Positions 1 through 10,600 of a stretch of 43,377 bases of DNA are shown here, piece after piece. The first letter of the stretch is position 1, and every line of letters begins with the position of its first letter. The translations under genes were made by a program, and so were the position numbers. Below the pieces are notes generated by a model that saw nothing but the letters and a program-made list of their open reading frames with translations, was not told the origin of the DNA and searched no databases. This DNA is from a virus. Lineage: Duplodnaviria > Caudoviricetes. The stretch lies in the IMG/VR virus record IMGVR_UViG_3300038393_000502, positions 1 through 43,377 of that record. The stretch is one strand, 5' to 3'.

Positions 1-29
1 TACAACTGCATTCTATAGTACAGATAAAG

Positions 30-58
30 AAAAAGCCGACTATCGAGTCGGCTTTTTT
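30..58. terminator. Intrinsic terminator, probably bidirectional (left copy)
   Basis: AAAAAGCCGACT-ATCG-AGTCGGCTTTTTT hairpin with A/T tracts on both sides. Confidence 0.85.
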
Positions 59-83
59 CTCTTTAAAATCAGGTAGTTATCCT

Positions 84-127
84 TGGCGGAGAGAGGGGGA
101 TTCGAACCCCCGATAGGCTATGAACCT
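84..127 (-). pseudogene. Displaced 3' fragment of tRNA-Ser (att core)
   Basis: 44 nt identical to the 3' part of the intact tRNA (part of the variable arm, T-arm, CCA); no D or anticodon arm. Confidence 0.92.
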
Positions 128-264
128 GCCTTGCTCAACTCCAATTTCCATAATGTATTCAACACCTTGCGCTATGTCATCTGTACTATCAGAACCCCCG
201 AGCGGGGCGCATAAGCTGTTGTTTTACATCGGGATCGGATTGGTTAATAGTACAGGCCGCGCAG

Positions 265-588
265 TCACTGCCCGCTGGCTTCGTCAACGACCAGCTGAAC
301 GTACCAGGATTGCGCTCTGCACTCCTGCGTCACCTGGTCATGCTCGAATCCGCTGATCGTCATCGCACCGTCGCCGATCCAGCGAACAACGGCGTCATGC
401 AGTCGCGGCAGTATGTGAGCGCCCGTCGAGCCTTCGGCCAATACCGCATAGACCATGCTGCGCCGGTACTCCGTGTCATGCTGCTCGAACAAGCGCAGGC
501 GGCCTATGTGCACCGGCTGCGCCGTAATCGAACGATGCCGAGGTAGCGGCTTGCCATTCTCGAAGAGCTGAGCGACGCGGACATACAT
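265..588 (-). CDS. Hypothetical protein (107 aa, MYVRVAQLF...), SOS box upstream
   Basis: ATG at 588 inside ORF 265..861; globular-looking composition; LexA box 12 bp upstream. Confidence 0.75.
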   Translation of the reverse strand: MYVRVAQLFENGKPLPRHRSITAQPVHIGRLRLFEQHDTEYRRSMVYAVLAEGSTGAHILPRLHDAVVRWIGDGAMTISGFEHDQVTQECRAQSWYVQLVVDEASGQ

Positions 589-598
589 GGCAAGAAAA

Positions 599-623
599 TA
601 CTGTATAAAACTACAGTATATCA
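599..623 (-). promoter_or_regulatory. LexA (SOS) box overlapping an extended -10 promoter
   Basis: TACTGTATAAAACTACAGTA (599..618) fits CTG-N10-CAG; the minus strand reads TGaTATACT (623..615). Confidence 0.85.
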
Positions 624-672
624 GCTTGCGCACCGTCATCGCCCAAGGACAGGCCGCTTGTACGATGCCAGC

Positions 673-885
673 ATGACACCACGTGCCGACCTTACTACCG
701 CCAGCCGGGTCGACTTGGCGCTCCTGCTTCTGCCCGAGGTTGGCTGGCTGGCCACGGCCGTGACGATGGCGGTCAGCGGCGTGCCGGAAGAAGTGGCGGC
801 ACGGGTGTTGGCCCTGCCGCTGGAGCGGCGGCCGCTGCCGGACTCCAGTGCATACCTCCACCGATGCGCACGGCCGCGTAGATGA
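673..885 (+). CDS. Small hypothetical protein (MTPRADLTTASRVDLAL...)
   Basis: ORF divergent from the SOS-box gene; TACGAT 6 nt before the ATG; overlaps the convergent gene by 113 bp. Confidence 0.45.
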   Translation: MTPRADLTTASRVDLALLLLPEVGWLATAVTMAVSGVPEEVAARVLALPLERRPLPDSSAYLHRCARPRR

Positions 886-1270
886 GCAGCGCCTTCCACC
901 TCGGCCGCCCCATCAAAAGGCACGCCTCGTACAGCATCTTGTCAGCAATCTCGCGCGGCACGCAATGGTCACTATAGACCTGGTCGTGCGGCACGGACTC
1001 GTCCTGCGCGATCTCCCCCAGCATCGACATCGTGAGCTGGGGCTGCGAGCACAGATCGGTCACGGTCCCCGCCTTCGTCTCAACCAGGCCCGGGATTGCA
1101 GGTTCCGGCTCAGGGATGCCGGCGCTTCGTCGGTACGCCGCCACAACATCAGACTGGTACCGGAACCGTGACAGGACGCGGAACAGCTGCCGGCCCTGGC
1201 GCGTCAGCAATGGACGCCCTTGCGGGTCGCGCATCACCTCGAGGTCGAGCAGGTCGAGGAACCTGCTCAC
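773..1270 (-). CDS. DUF1353-like protein
   Basis: GTVTDLCSQP...PHDQVY...REIADKML...IYAAVRIGG pattern; coupled to the upstream gene (GTGA). Confidence 0.7.
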   Translation of the reverse strand: MSRFLDLLDLEVMRDPQGRPLLTRQGRQLFRVLSRFRYQSDVVAAYRRSAGIPEPEPAIPGLVETKAGTVTDLCSQPQLTMSMLGEIAQDESVPHDQVYSDHCVPREIADKMLYEACLLMGRPRWKALLIYAAVRIGGGMHWSPAAAAAPAAGPTPVPPLLPARR

Positions 1271-1506
1271 GCTGCGTTTGGGGAGCCGGCCTCCGGCGCT
1301 GCCGACGTGGTCAGCGCCGCGGGGGCCGCCGGAGCTTCGCCGGCCGCTGCGATCGCTTGGACGCCCTCGACGAGGAACTTAAACAGTTGCACGCCGGCGG
1401 CGATCTTCACGCCCTCGGCAGTGTTCTCCGGGTGCAGCTCGGTCACGATCTGGCCAACAGCGGGAATGCCGATTTCCAAGGCAGCGATGAATTTCTTGAG
1501 GTCCAT
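1267..1506 (-). CDS. Small hypothetical protein in the lysis cassette (79 aa)
   Basis: ATG 1506 with GAAGGAG RBS; amphipathic helices then an Ala/Pro tail. Confidence 0.75.
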   Translation of the reverse strand: MDLKKFIAALEIGIPAVGQIVTELHPENTAEGVKIAAGVQLFKFLVEGVQAIAAAGEAPAAPAALTTSAAPEAGSPNAA

Positions 1507-1516
1507 GGTATCTCCT

Positions 1517-1879
1517 TCAGGTGGTGGGTAAAGCAAGAGGCCGGGTCTTGATCTTCTGGCGCCAGGCTGCGGCGTCGTCGGCCACGGTCGGATTGAACGC
1601 CTTGAAATTGCCAAGGTGCCCGAAAAACAGATGGCAGTTGACGCCACCGCGGTCGACCTCGCACAGCGTGATCAGGTTTGCTGGGTCCAGCTCGAGCGCC
1701 GGCTCCAGGTGGAACGGTCGCTTGTGGTGAACTTCCAGCTTCTCCTTGCCACCGCATACGGCGCAGCAGGGATTGGCCGCAAGGTACTGCGCGCGCACAC
1801 GCGGCCAGCTGCCGGAGCGGCGCGCGGCCAGCGGGTGCTTGCCTTGGGAGACATCGATGAGGTGCTTGACGATGCTCAC
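1517..1879 (-). CDS. HNH endonuclease
   Basis: CAVC...LEVHH...NLITLC...CH motifs; GTG start overlapping the endolysin stop. Confidence 0.85.
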   Translation of the reverse strand: MSIVKHLIDVSQGKHPLAARRSGSWPRVRAQYLAANPCCAVCGGKEKLEVHHKRPFHLEPALELDPANLITLCEVDRGGVNCHLFFGHLGNFKAFNPTVADDAAAWRQKIKTRPLALPTT

Positions 1880-2337
1880 GCCGGACTCCCGCGAAACATC
1901 GCCGCCTCGGCCGCGCGACGCATCACCAGGCCGGGCAGTACAACGTCCTTGCCGTCGACTTTGGCATGCACCCACAGCCGGAACTGGTCGGCCGCCGCGT
2001 CGTAGCGCCCTTTGTTCAGCAGGATCAGCAGTGTCGATTCCGCCAAGCGGCCGGCGCCCAGATTGAGTACGAAGTCGGTCAGTGCGTCGAATTGGCCTTG
2101 CGTCAGCGGAACCTTTACCAGCGAGGCAACAGTGGCCGCCGCATCCTCCAGGTCCTGCGACAGCCAGATGTCCGCCTGCTGCACCGAGCAGGTATCCCCC
2201 AGCTTCACACCCTTGGTATGGCCGTAGCCGAGCGTTGGGCGGCCGGCCGGGCATAGGTAGGCGACCAGGCGCCGCTGTTCAGACGTAGCAGCCAGTGCCC
2301 GACAGGCCGGCGAGGGCTTCATGGAGTCGAGCGTCAT
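1876..2337 (-). CDS. Endolysin, phage lysozyme (GH24)
   Basis: E-x8-C-x5-T (SEQRRLVAYLCPAGRPTLGYGHT), LTQGQFDAL..F..NLG, GLVMRRAAE; ATGA overlap with the holin stop. Confidence 0.93.
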   Translation of the reverse strand: MTLDSMKPSPACRALAATSEQRRLVAYLCPAGRPTLGYGHTKGVKLGDTCSVQQADIWLSQDLEDAAATVASLVKVPLTQGQFDALTDFVLNLGAGRLAESTLLILLNKGRYDAAADQFRLWVHAKVDGKDVVLPGLVMRRAAEAAMFRGSPA

Positions 2338-2579
2338 GGCAGTTCCCCCTCCGACTCCGGCATCGTCTTCCCAGTGCGCCATTCCTTCCACATGTGCCAG
2401 AGCTTGTGCACGATCATCAGGATCACGTAAATCAGGGTTGCGATCTGGATCGCTTCCGGCACAGTAATACCGACGACGTGTGCGCCGACAACAGCGACGG
2501 GCGGCGCAGCTTTCGCGGCCATCGCGGACACCGGCTCGGCCATGCTGGTCAGCGGTTCGTTCATGTCGTTGACTTTCAT
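2334..2579 (-). CDS. Putative holin
   Basis: Small protein with hydrophobic segments (PPVAVVGAHVVG; IATLIYVILMIV) and a charged C-terminus, directly before the endolysin; start may be 2564. Confidence 0.75.
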   Translation of the reverse strand: MKVNDMNEPLTSMAEPVSAMAAKAAPPVAVVGAHVVGITVPEAIQIATLIYVILMIVHKLWHMWKEWRTGKTMPESEGELP

Positions 2580-2603
2580 TTTGTGTTGGAAGTGCGAGAG
2601 GGA

Positions 2604-4607
2604 CTAGAGAATCCGCACAATCCCAGAGAACCCCGTTGCGGCAACAAGACCGGCGATGGTGAATCTGTAATAGCCGCCGTTATTCGACGGCGTGACGGAA
2701 ATCGGGACCGGCTTCGCCAGGTCAAGAAAGACGCCAGCCGCACATATACCGGCGACAACCTCGGCACCGCTGGAATCGTTGATCGTGAGCTGCAGCCCGA
2801 TGAATTCGGTGTTCAGGTAGCGAATTTTCGTGTCGACAGTTAGCGTGTCGGCGCCCGCGTTCAACGAAGCGACGCAGAACGGCACGACGTTGGCCGAAGG
2901 CGTGCCGCTGTCGCCCGAATAGCAATGCGGGATCACGCCGCCGTGCACGCGCCCCTTGATCGACACCAAGCCAGTGACGCTGTTGTAAAGCGTCTTGACG
3001 TAGTCGACCAAGTTGGCGTCGCCCAGCAGGTATGCGGCCGGAAGGGCAGGCGTTGCGTTGTCCGCGGTAACGTCCGTCGGGATACGCACTTCCATCCGAT
3101 TCGCGAAATTCGACGCCAGGTTCACGGCGGCCGCACCATTGATCTTGTTCGATGCGCCGAACTCGCCGCTCACGATAGTCACCCCCTGCAGAGCATTGGT
3201 GACAGAGTTGAACCAGCTGCTGGTTACGACCACGTTCTCGTGATTGCCGGTCCCGTCGCAGTCAATAGCGTTGTAGTTGTTTTCGAAGTACCAGTTGTGG
3301 AAGTGTATCCCCGAGGTCGCATCGCTCACGGTCACACCGGTAGGGCATGACTCGGCGCCGCAGGTCGACGCGTATACGCCATCTTTCACTCCGGAGAACT
3401 TCCAGCCGACGGTATAGCTGACGGCGAACACGGATTTGATCGTGACCGCGTTCACTTCGTCGTCGAAGTGGAAGCAGGGGAAGGCCGTACCATCCAGCGG
3501 CGAGCGCGAATGCAGCTTCGTGAACGACCCGTAGAAGCAGCGCTTCGCGTACACGGCCTGGTTGACACCGACGAATCGGATGTGGTCGATCGAGCTGTCC
3601 TCGCAGTAGTTGAAGAGGTGGAAGGCCTTATTGCACTGGAAGATATTGCCGTTGTAAATGCGCGAGCAGACGACAAATTGCGTCTCGTTGGGCTGTCCGA
3701 AGTTCGATACCACGTTACCGGAGCCGTCGAAGTATCCGGTCTCGAACATCGTGTTCGTGCCAGTGCCCCGCAGTCGCGAGCCATTCAAATTCAGGCGCAC
3801 AAACGATGGAACATACAGAGTGCCCGCGATGTACACCTTCGAACGCGCAGGAAAAATCAGCTCGACTGCCGCGTGGTCGCCGTCGAAAGCCGCAGCTGCG
3901 GCGACGGTATTGATCGCACGTTGAATTGCCGCGGTGTCATCCGCTACATCGTCAGCTACAACGCCGTAGTCTTTAATGCGCACCTGGTCGCGCAGCACAT
4001 CAAGAACCGTCCGCTTGACGACACCAAGGCCGGCATGGATGAAGGCGATCAACCCGGAGCCCGATGTCGAAGACGCGAGATCGGTGCGCAACGCCGCGTC
4101 GGCGCCGGTACCTGTCGCGGCTGTCGGGTTTCCTCCTGCATCGAACGCAAAGAACTTGCCTGCGCGGACCCCGGCGGTTGGCAGCGAGCCGTCGGCGCCA
4201 GCATCCGAGAACGCGAAGCGGATGCAGCGCCCCATGACGTCCGCAATTTGCTGCTGCGCGATCGTTAGCTTATCGAGAGCTTGCTCGATGACCTTAGGAT
4301 AGAAGCCCCCCATGTTGGGGATGCTCGCACCCTGGGTGAGCGGGATAGAGCTGCTGACGGTAAGCAGGTAGCCGGCCGGTAGCGCGGTTGATAGCGACAC
4401 GACGCCGCCTGGGTTCTTCTCCTGATCGGAATTGAGGGCAATCGTGTAGTGCGTGCCGATTATCAGCGTGTTCTCCACACCACTGTCGTCCGTCTGAACG
4501 ACGAGCACATCGCCGGAGGCGAAGACCTTGAACGAGAAAGGATAGGCGTTCTGCATGCCCGTACCACTGAACGGGCCGGCCTTCCGGGTGGTTGAGCTGA
4601 TCGTCAT
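2604..4607 (-). CDS. Tailspike / receptor-binding protein (N-terminal podovirus anchor plus beta-helix, putative depolymerase)
   Basis: MTISSTTRKAGPFSG...YPFSFKVF...IEQALDKLT anchor; IKDYGVVAD..ADDTAAIQRA pectate-lyase-like start; Asn/Gly-rich beta-helix-like body. Confidence 0.85.
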   Translation of the reverse strand: MTISSTTRKAGPFSGTGMQNAYPFSFKVFASGDVLVVQTDDSGVENTLIIGTHYTIALNSDQEKNPGGVVSLSTALPAGYLLTVSSSIPLTQGASIPNMGGFYPKVIEQALDKLTIAQQQIADVMGRCIRFAFSDAGADGSLPTAGVRAGKFFAFDAGGNPTAATGTGADAALRTDLASSTSGSGLIAFIHAGLGVVKRTVLDVLRDQVRIKDYGVVADDVADDTAAIQRAINTVAAAAAFDGDHAAVELIFPARSKVYIAGTLYVPSFVRLNLNGSRLRGTGTNTMFETGYFDGSGNVVSNFGQPNETQFVVCSRIYNGNIFQCNKAFHLFNYCEDSSIDHIRFVGVNQAVYAKRCFYGSFTKLHSRSPLDGTAFPCFHFDDEVNAVTIKSVFAVSYTVGWKFSGVKDGVYASTCGAESCPTGVTVSDATSGIHFHNWYFENNYNAIDCDGTGNHENVVVTSSWFNSVTNALQGVTIVSGEFGASNKINGAAAVNLASNFANRMEVRIPTDVTADNATPALPAAYLLGDANLVDYVKTLYNSVTGLVSIKGRVHGGVIPHCYSGDSGTPSANVVPFCVASLNAGADTLTVDTKIRYLNTEFIGLQLTINDSSGAEVVAGICAAGVFLDLAKPVPISVTPSNNGGYYRFTIAGLVAATGFSGIVRIL

Positions 4608-4613
4608 GCGGGA

Positions 4614-4646
4614 ATTCTCCCCGCGCACGATCAACTCACGTACACC
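4614..4646 (-). promoter_or_regulatory. Putative late promoter 5 (tailspike/lysis)
   Basis: GGTGTACGT-N18-GAGAAT, 6 nt before ATG 4607. Confidence 0.7.
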
Positions 4647-7600
4647 TAATGCTTTGACATGTCGCCATGGACCACCCCGCGCCACCAGTCGGCCAAATCC
4701 TGCGGATCCTGCTTGCCCTGGGTGACATCCCACAAGAACTGGACGCTGCTCGCCGGCTGGCCCAGCGGCAGGCCGAACACATAGCCGGCCGTCGTGACCG
4801 TGTGCTTGAGGGCCTTCGGGCTCGTCTCCTGCCCGGTCAGCGCGTTGGCGGCGTCGACACCCGAATTGCCGATCGCGTCGACCATACCGGCCGCCGGCGT
4901 GGCGCTGTAATCCTTGCCAGTGATGTAGTGCGCCGCCAGGTCGCGCAGGATCGGAATGCCGGCGAACGCGGCGGACCCGAGCTCCTCTGCCGCCCAGGCC
5001 AGCCAGTTGGTCTCGCCCTCGTCGTCCTGCTTCGGGTGCAACATGCCGTGCATCGCCTGTACGCCCAAGGTGTAGATCAGGAAGCGCATGATCACCGTGC
5101 TGGCCTTACCGCTGTCGCGCCAGGTGTCACCGTCCATTGCCATGCGGCCCGTGTCCATCAGCCGATTGATGTTGTGGTTCCAAAAGGTGTAGAACATCGT
5201 GAACAGCTTGAAGAACTCGGGCCCGCGCTGCACTGCGGCCAGATCCTTCACCCCGGTGCCGCCGTGGGCGTTCCGCACCGTCTTGTCGGCAAAGTAGACG
5301 GCGTCCTGCTCGGACAGCCCTTTGCCGCCCTGCGCTTCGGGCGCCATGGCCTTGTGGTAGGCGGCCATCCAGGTCGGCAGTGCGCTGGCCATGTCGAGCA
5401 TCGCGATGCCCTGGTACGCGTGGGCCTTCATCAGGTCGGTGCCGCGCGCGAGCGCTCCGGTCGTCGTGTCCATCAGCCGCAGGTCGATCTCGCGCAGGTG
5501 CTCGCGCACGTCCCGGTCCACCTCGTTCATCCGGTTGCGCATTTCACCCGAGCGCTCGAACACAAAGTCGCGGTTGGCGGCCCAGTTCCTCGGGTTGGCG
5601 AAATCGGCCAGGCCCTTGGCGAACCAGCCCGGGCCCACCTCGGCCACCGACTCAAGCGCCGCCGAGCTGCCGTGCACCAGCATGGTCGACAGCCGGTAGC
5701 CCAGCCCGACGATGGTTGCGCGCGTCCGCGCGCCGTGCGCGACCTGGTCGAACCATTTGAGAGCCTGCATGTCGACCTTGCGGTCGTTCGCGATCGATTG
5801 CAGCCAGGGGCGCAGCTGGGCGTAGTGCTCGGGACTTAGAGCGTCCGTGATGGCCTCGCGCATCACCGGGTGCGACAGGATCTTGTCGGCGTCCATGATC
5901 GCTTCGCGGTAGGCGATGTCGTGGATCTCGTCCTTGATCACCCGGGGGATCACATCCAGCGACAGCAGCAGCGGCCGCGCGTAGTTCTCGTTACGGGTCG
6001 TCATGCGGCCCGTGTCGGTATTCGCCCTGGTGTAGATGTTCTCGAACAGGCTGTCGCCGGCCTTGGCGCCGCGCTCGGCCACGTCCTGCGCGCGCGCCGG
6101 GTCATAGACCATCGGCCAATACCAGCCGTCGTAGCGGCCGTGCGGCGTCTCGAAGGGGCGCGGCGCGATCTTCTCCGGGTTGGTGTTCCCCAGGCGGCGC
6201 GACATAGCCAGCTTCTCGGGCCAGAGCGATTCGAGCGTTTTGCCCAAGCCGGCCACGAAGTCCCAGTCGGCTTTGCTCATGTTCTCGTGCAGGAAGGACC
6301 ACACCGCGGTCTCGCTCCACTTCTCGCCGGCGAGCAGCTTGGCCAAGTTAGAATCGTTGCCCATGTTGCCCGCCAGCGCCAACATTTCCTTTTTCGTGAA
6401 GCGCTGCGGCTTGCCGGTCAGGCCGTCGATCAGGCCAGGCGCCACGTAGATTTTTCCTTTCTCTCGGGTGACGTCGGCCAGCTTCGAATGAAGCAGCTCG
6501 TCGATGCCGGCCTTGATCTTTCCCTGCAGGTCGGCCTCGTGCACGCCGGCGTCGGCGATGCGGCGGAACACCACCCGGTTGAGCACGCCGTTCGGGTTGC
6601 GGTTGTCCAGCCAATCCATCATCTGTTCCATCTTCAGCAGCGCGGCCTGCATGCTGCGTCCGGCTGACTTGACGCTCAACCACTTCGATTCCAGCCGGGT
6701 CAAGCCGCGATTGCTCTCGGGCGCGCGCTGCGGAAGCTCGGCCATCGCGGCGCGCGCTTCCTCGGCCAGCGCCGCGATCTCCCGCATCTCGTCGCCGTCG
6801 GCCACCAACTGCGCCTTACGGCCCAGGTGGTCGATCGACTTTACGGCGTCGACCAGGCCGCGGAACTCCTCGACCGTCATGTCCTTGAAGTGTTGCGTGC
6901 GCGCCTCATTGAGGAGCGCTTCAGGCACCTGGGGTTCGAGGCCCTGCGCCGCCATCCGCTCGACGAAGGCCAGGAGCGACTCGCGCATGTCGAGCGCGGT
7001 GAGCGTGGTCGACTTGCGCAGGTCGAAGCGGTCCAGCAGCGCGTCGATCTGGTCGCGGTATTCGAGGGCGATTTTCTCGCGCACGGCGGGCTTGTCGAAC
7101 TTCTTCAGGTAGGCGACACCCTTCTGCACCTCGGCCACCGCGTCGGTGGCGGCCTTAAACAGGCGGTTGTTCAGCAGCGCGGCCCGCTGCGCCTGCACGG
7201 CGCCTTGCGGATCCTTCGGCGCGAGCTTGATGGCGTCGCGGTTCGCGCGCGCCTCTTCGGCAGCGTGCTGAGCCGGGCGCAGGTCGCGCACCAGCTTCGC
7301 CGCGATCGCCGCATCAGCTGCGGCCTGCGCCGCCTCTGCCAGTTGGCGCGCCGGGATCGGTGATTTGCTCAGCATCTTGAGGCCGGTCGCCATAAACCGG
7401 GCGCGCGTCTCGTTGTGCACGGCCGCCTCCGCGGCGCGCTCGATGCTCACCGGGTCGACCAGGTCGCCATGGCGTTCGAGCATGCGCTGGTCCGTCAGGC
7501 CGTCGATCTCGTCCTTGACCTTCCCGGCGGCCGCGATCGCGTCCTTCAGCTCCTTGCCGTCAGCGAAGCCGAACATCTCGGCCACGATGTCGTTATCGAC

Positions 7601-10600
7601 CTTCGGGCGTGCCGGGCGCGGGTTGTCTTGTTCCCAGTCGAGCAGGCGCCGCTCGGCCTCGTTCTCGATCGCGCGTTTATTCTTCGCCAGGTACTGGCCC
7701 TTCTTCAGGCCCTTGGCGCCCTCGGCTTCGGGCTTGGCCAGGTACTCGGTCTTCACCTCCTCGATGAGCTTGGCGCGCTGGCTGTCGCGCTCGGCACCCC
7801 ACGCCTTCCCCTCGGCGGCCGGCGCCGGGTCGGTACCGCCCGGGCGCTTGAGGTAGGCCTCGGCCTGACGCACGGGCGACTCCATCACCTCCTTGGTGAC
7901 TTCGTCCCGGATCGCTTTGCGCTGGGCGTCGGCCTGCTTCTGCAGCGCACGCATAGCCTTGCTCTTTGCGTTGCTCGCCCACTGCATATCGCGCAGGCTT
8001 CGCGCGCCCAGGTCGGCCGTGGCTTGGTCGGTGGCCTCCTTGCCCAGCGCCTGATAGGCTGCGAACTGCTCTGCGCTGACGTCGGCGGGTTTGGGCAGCG
8101 GCAGGTAACCGCGCGCCTGCTCGGTGTAGCGGATCGCCTCGTCGGTGGCCAGCAGGCGATCCATGACGCCGCGCACCTCGTCGCTGAGCTCGACGTGCAG
8201 ATTCGATAGCGATTTGTAAATATTGACCAACCACGAGCGAAAGCGCGCGAACAGGTTCTGCAGTTCGAGCGTCGGCGCCTTGCCCTCCATGAGGTACGCC
8301 TCGAAGCCGCGGGCGAACTGCTCGTGGCCGTCGCGCTTTTCGTCGAGCGCCTTGCTCGACCAGTTCTCCAGCCGCTGCTCCGCCGTATCGCCCTGGACGC
8401 CGAACGACTTGAGCAGGGTGTCGAAGTCCGCGCGGACACCCTCGGGTGCGTCCGGCGCGCGCGCCATGTCGTGCATGGTCTCAAGGAAGAAGTGGCCGGA
8501 CTCGTGCAGGAACGTCGACAGGTCGGCGCCCTTGAGCAGGCTGATGGTGTTGTTGACCGGGTCGAAACTGCCGCGCGCCGAATCTTGACCTTGCTCGAGG
8601 ATGCGCAAATTGAGCTCGTCGGTGTTCGGTGCTACACTCGGTTCAGATGGCCCAGAATCTATACCTTCGGAAGGGTGCTCCCCGCTGATGCTCGCGCGCT
8701 CCGTCTGCGAAGCCACCCCCGGAATTGAGGGGTTCTGGGCCTGAGCGCCTTCTCTCTGGAAGTACTCCTTGCCTGGTAACGTGTGGTTGTAATACAACTT
8801 GCCGTCACGATGCTCTTCCACGGTCGTCTCGACCGTCACCGGTTTCCCGTCCAGCATCACTTCGCCGCGCACCCAGTGGTAGCGCAGGATGTTCTGGTGC
8901 GTGTCGATGTTCCGATTCTCTTGCGTCCGGACGAGTTCGCCGCTCTTCAGCAGCTCGGGGATCGCCGGGAACAGGCGCAGCTTCATCGGGTTCGCACTGG
9001 TCGACACTGCCTTGTTCAGGCCGCGCTTCGTGAAGCGGATCTCCCCCAGGTCCGGATGCATCACGGTTGAATCCGCGAGGTTGTCGGCGTAGTAGCTCTT
9101 GACGGCCGTGCGTATCGATTTGATGTCCGCGTCGGCCGGGGCGATCTCCTCGCCGCCCAGCTGGGCCAACGGCGCAGGCGGCTCCTGCGCCAGGCCGCCG
9201 CCGCCCAGCGCGTCGCTCGTCACCTTGAGCGGGTACCGCTCGTACAGCTCGGCCGGCGTCAGGCCCGTGCGCGCGGCCATGGTCAAGTAGAAGTCGCGTG
9301 TCAGCGCCGCGTAGGCGTTGTTCACGTCGGGCCGGAAGCGTCCGTTCGCGTTCAACTGGTCCAGCACCTTGTCGTGCACGGCCTGACCCTCGGCGGCGGC
9401 CGCGTCATCCGCCTGCTTGACGGCGAGGATCTTCTCGGCCTGCGCCTGCATGTCGGCCTGCTGCTTCTGGAAATAGTCCTGCCCCTGCTGGTACGTGAAG
9501 CCGTCCGGCTCGACCTTCAGGTGCGGCAACAGCGCAGCGTCGATCTTTCCGCCGGCGATGTGGGTCGCGTAGTCCTCGACCGGGATCCGGATATCGCCGT
9601 TCGTCTGGACTGCCGCCGGGAACTGGGCGGCGACGTCGGGCATGGTCTTGGCCAGCGCGTTGATGTCGACGCCCGACTGGTTCAACACCTCGGCGAGCTT
9701 GTTGGCGTCGACGTAGATCTCCTGGAGCTGGCCGTCCTCGGTGGCGCTGCGCACGAATTCCTTGAAGGCACCGGGATCACGGTCGCGGGTCTTGCTCGAG
9801 CTGGCCAGCTCGCTCAGGGCCTGCAGCGCCGTCATGCCCTTCTCCGACGCCTCGGCCTTGCTTGCGTCCGTGTAGGTCTGGCGCAGTGCGTCGTGGTAGG
9901 AGGGCTCCGCCCGTGGGCCCATCACCCCGCCCAGGAGCGCGCCGGTTAGGCCGGACAGAATCATCTGCTCCGGATCGAAGCTTTGTTGCATCGAAGTCGG
10001 CAGCACCAAGTTCATCGCATTGCGCGACGTCTCGCCGCTGGCAACACCAGAAACGAACCCGCCGGCCAGCCGGGCACCTAGCGCACCGGGGGCCGACAGC
10101 GGCACGACACCAGCGCCGGTCGACGTGACGTACTGCATCTGCGCCGCGCGCATCGCCTGCTGGGCGTCGCCCGTCGCCGCGTACACCTGGCGCCCGGTCT
10201 CGACCGCGCTTGTGATTGCTGGGAAGGCCATCGCCTTTGCGCCGTGCGCCATCTGGTTGCCGACGACCTGGGCGGTCGTATCGGCCACGGGGGCGGCTTC
10301 GCCGCCACCCCCAGTGAGCACGATCTGGGACAGCGTGCCGATCAGGTCGCCGACCGAGTGAAAGGCCTTCGATAGGAATGGCGCGTCCTTGCCTACTTCG
10401 AAGCTGGGCGCGGCGTTGACGCGCGGGTCGACCATATTGCGGAACCATGCGTCCTCGGCCGCGGTGGTCTGCTTCCCGGTGATCAGGCTTGCCGCCTTGT
10501 CGTAGAGTGTCGGGAATGCGCCGAGCACGATGTTCGTGCTGGTGGCGGCCTTGTTGAAGCTGCCGCCTAGGCCCTTCATCAGGTCCATCGGCAAGCGCGC

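Larger units (their letters stand above)
1..127. repeat. Left attachment site (direct repeat; may extend beyond the window edge)
   Basis: Identical to 43191..43317 (tacaactgca...ggctatgaacct); the copies diverge afterwards (gcc vs ata). Confidence 0.97.

Noticed and set aside
84-127. Second tRNA gene at the left end
   Set aside because: Only the 3' 44 nt are present; cannot fold into a cloverleaf.
1876-2337. Endolysin inactivated by Cys in place of the catalytic-triad Asp
   Set aside because: E-x8-C-x5-T is a known active variant among phage lysozymes.
2604-4607. Diversity-generating retroelement, expected from the BPP-1-like virion genes
   Set aside because: No reverse transcriptase or avd gene and no TR/VR repeat pair seen; the receptor-binding protein is a beta-helix tailspike.
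4608-4733. Longest-ORF N-terminal extensions (tailspike, terL, cI, nozzle, small ejection protein, etc.)
   Set aside because: They overlap upstream genes or regulatory DNA; downstream starts match family N-termini, RBSs or coupling.
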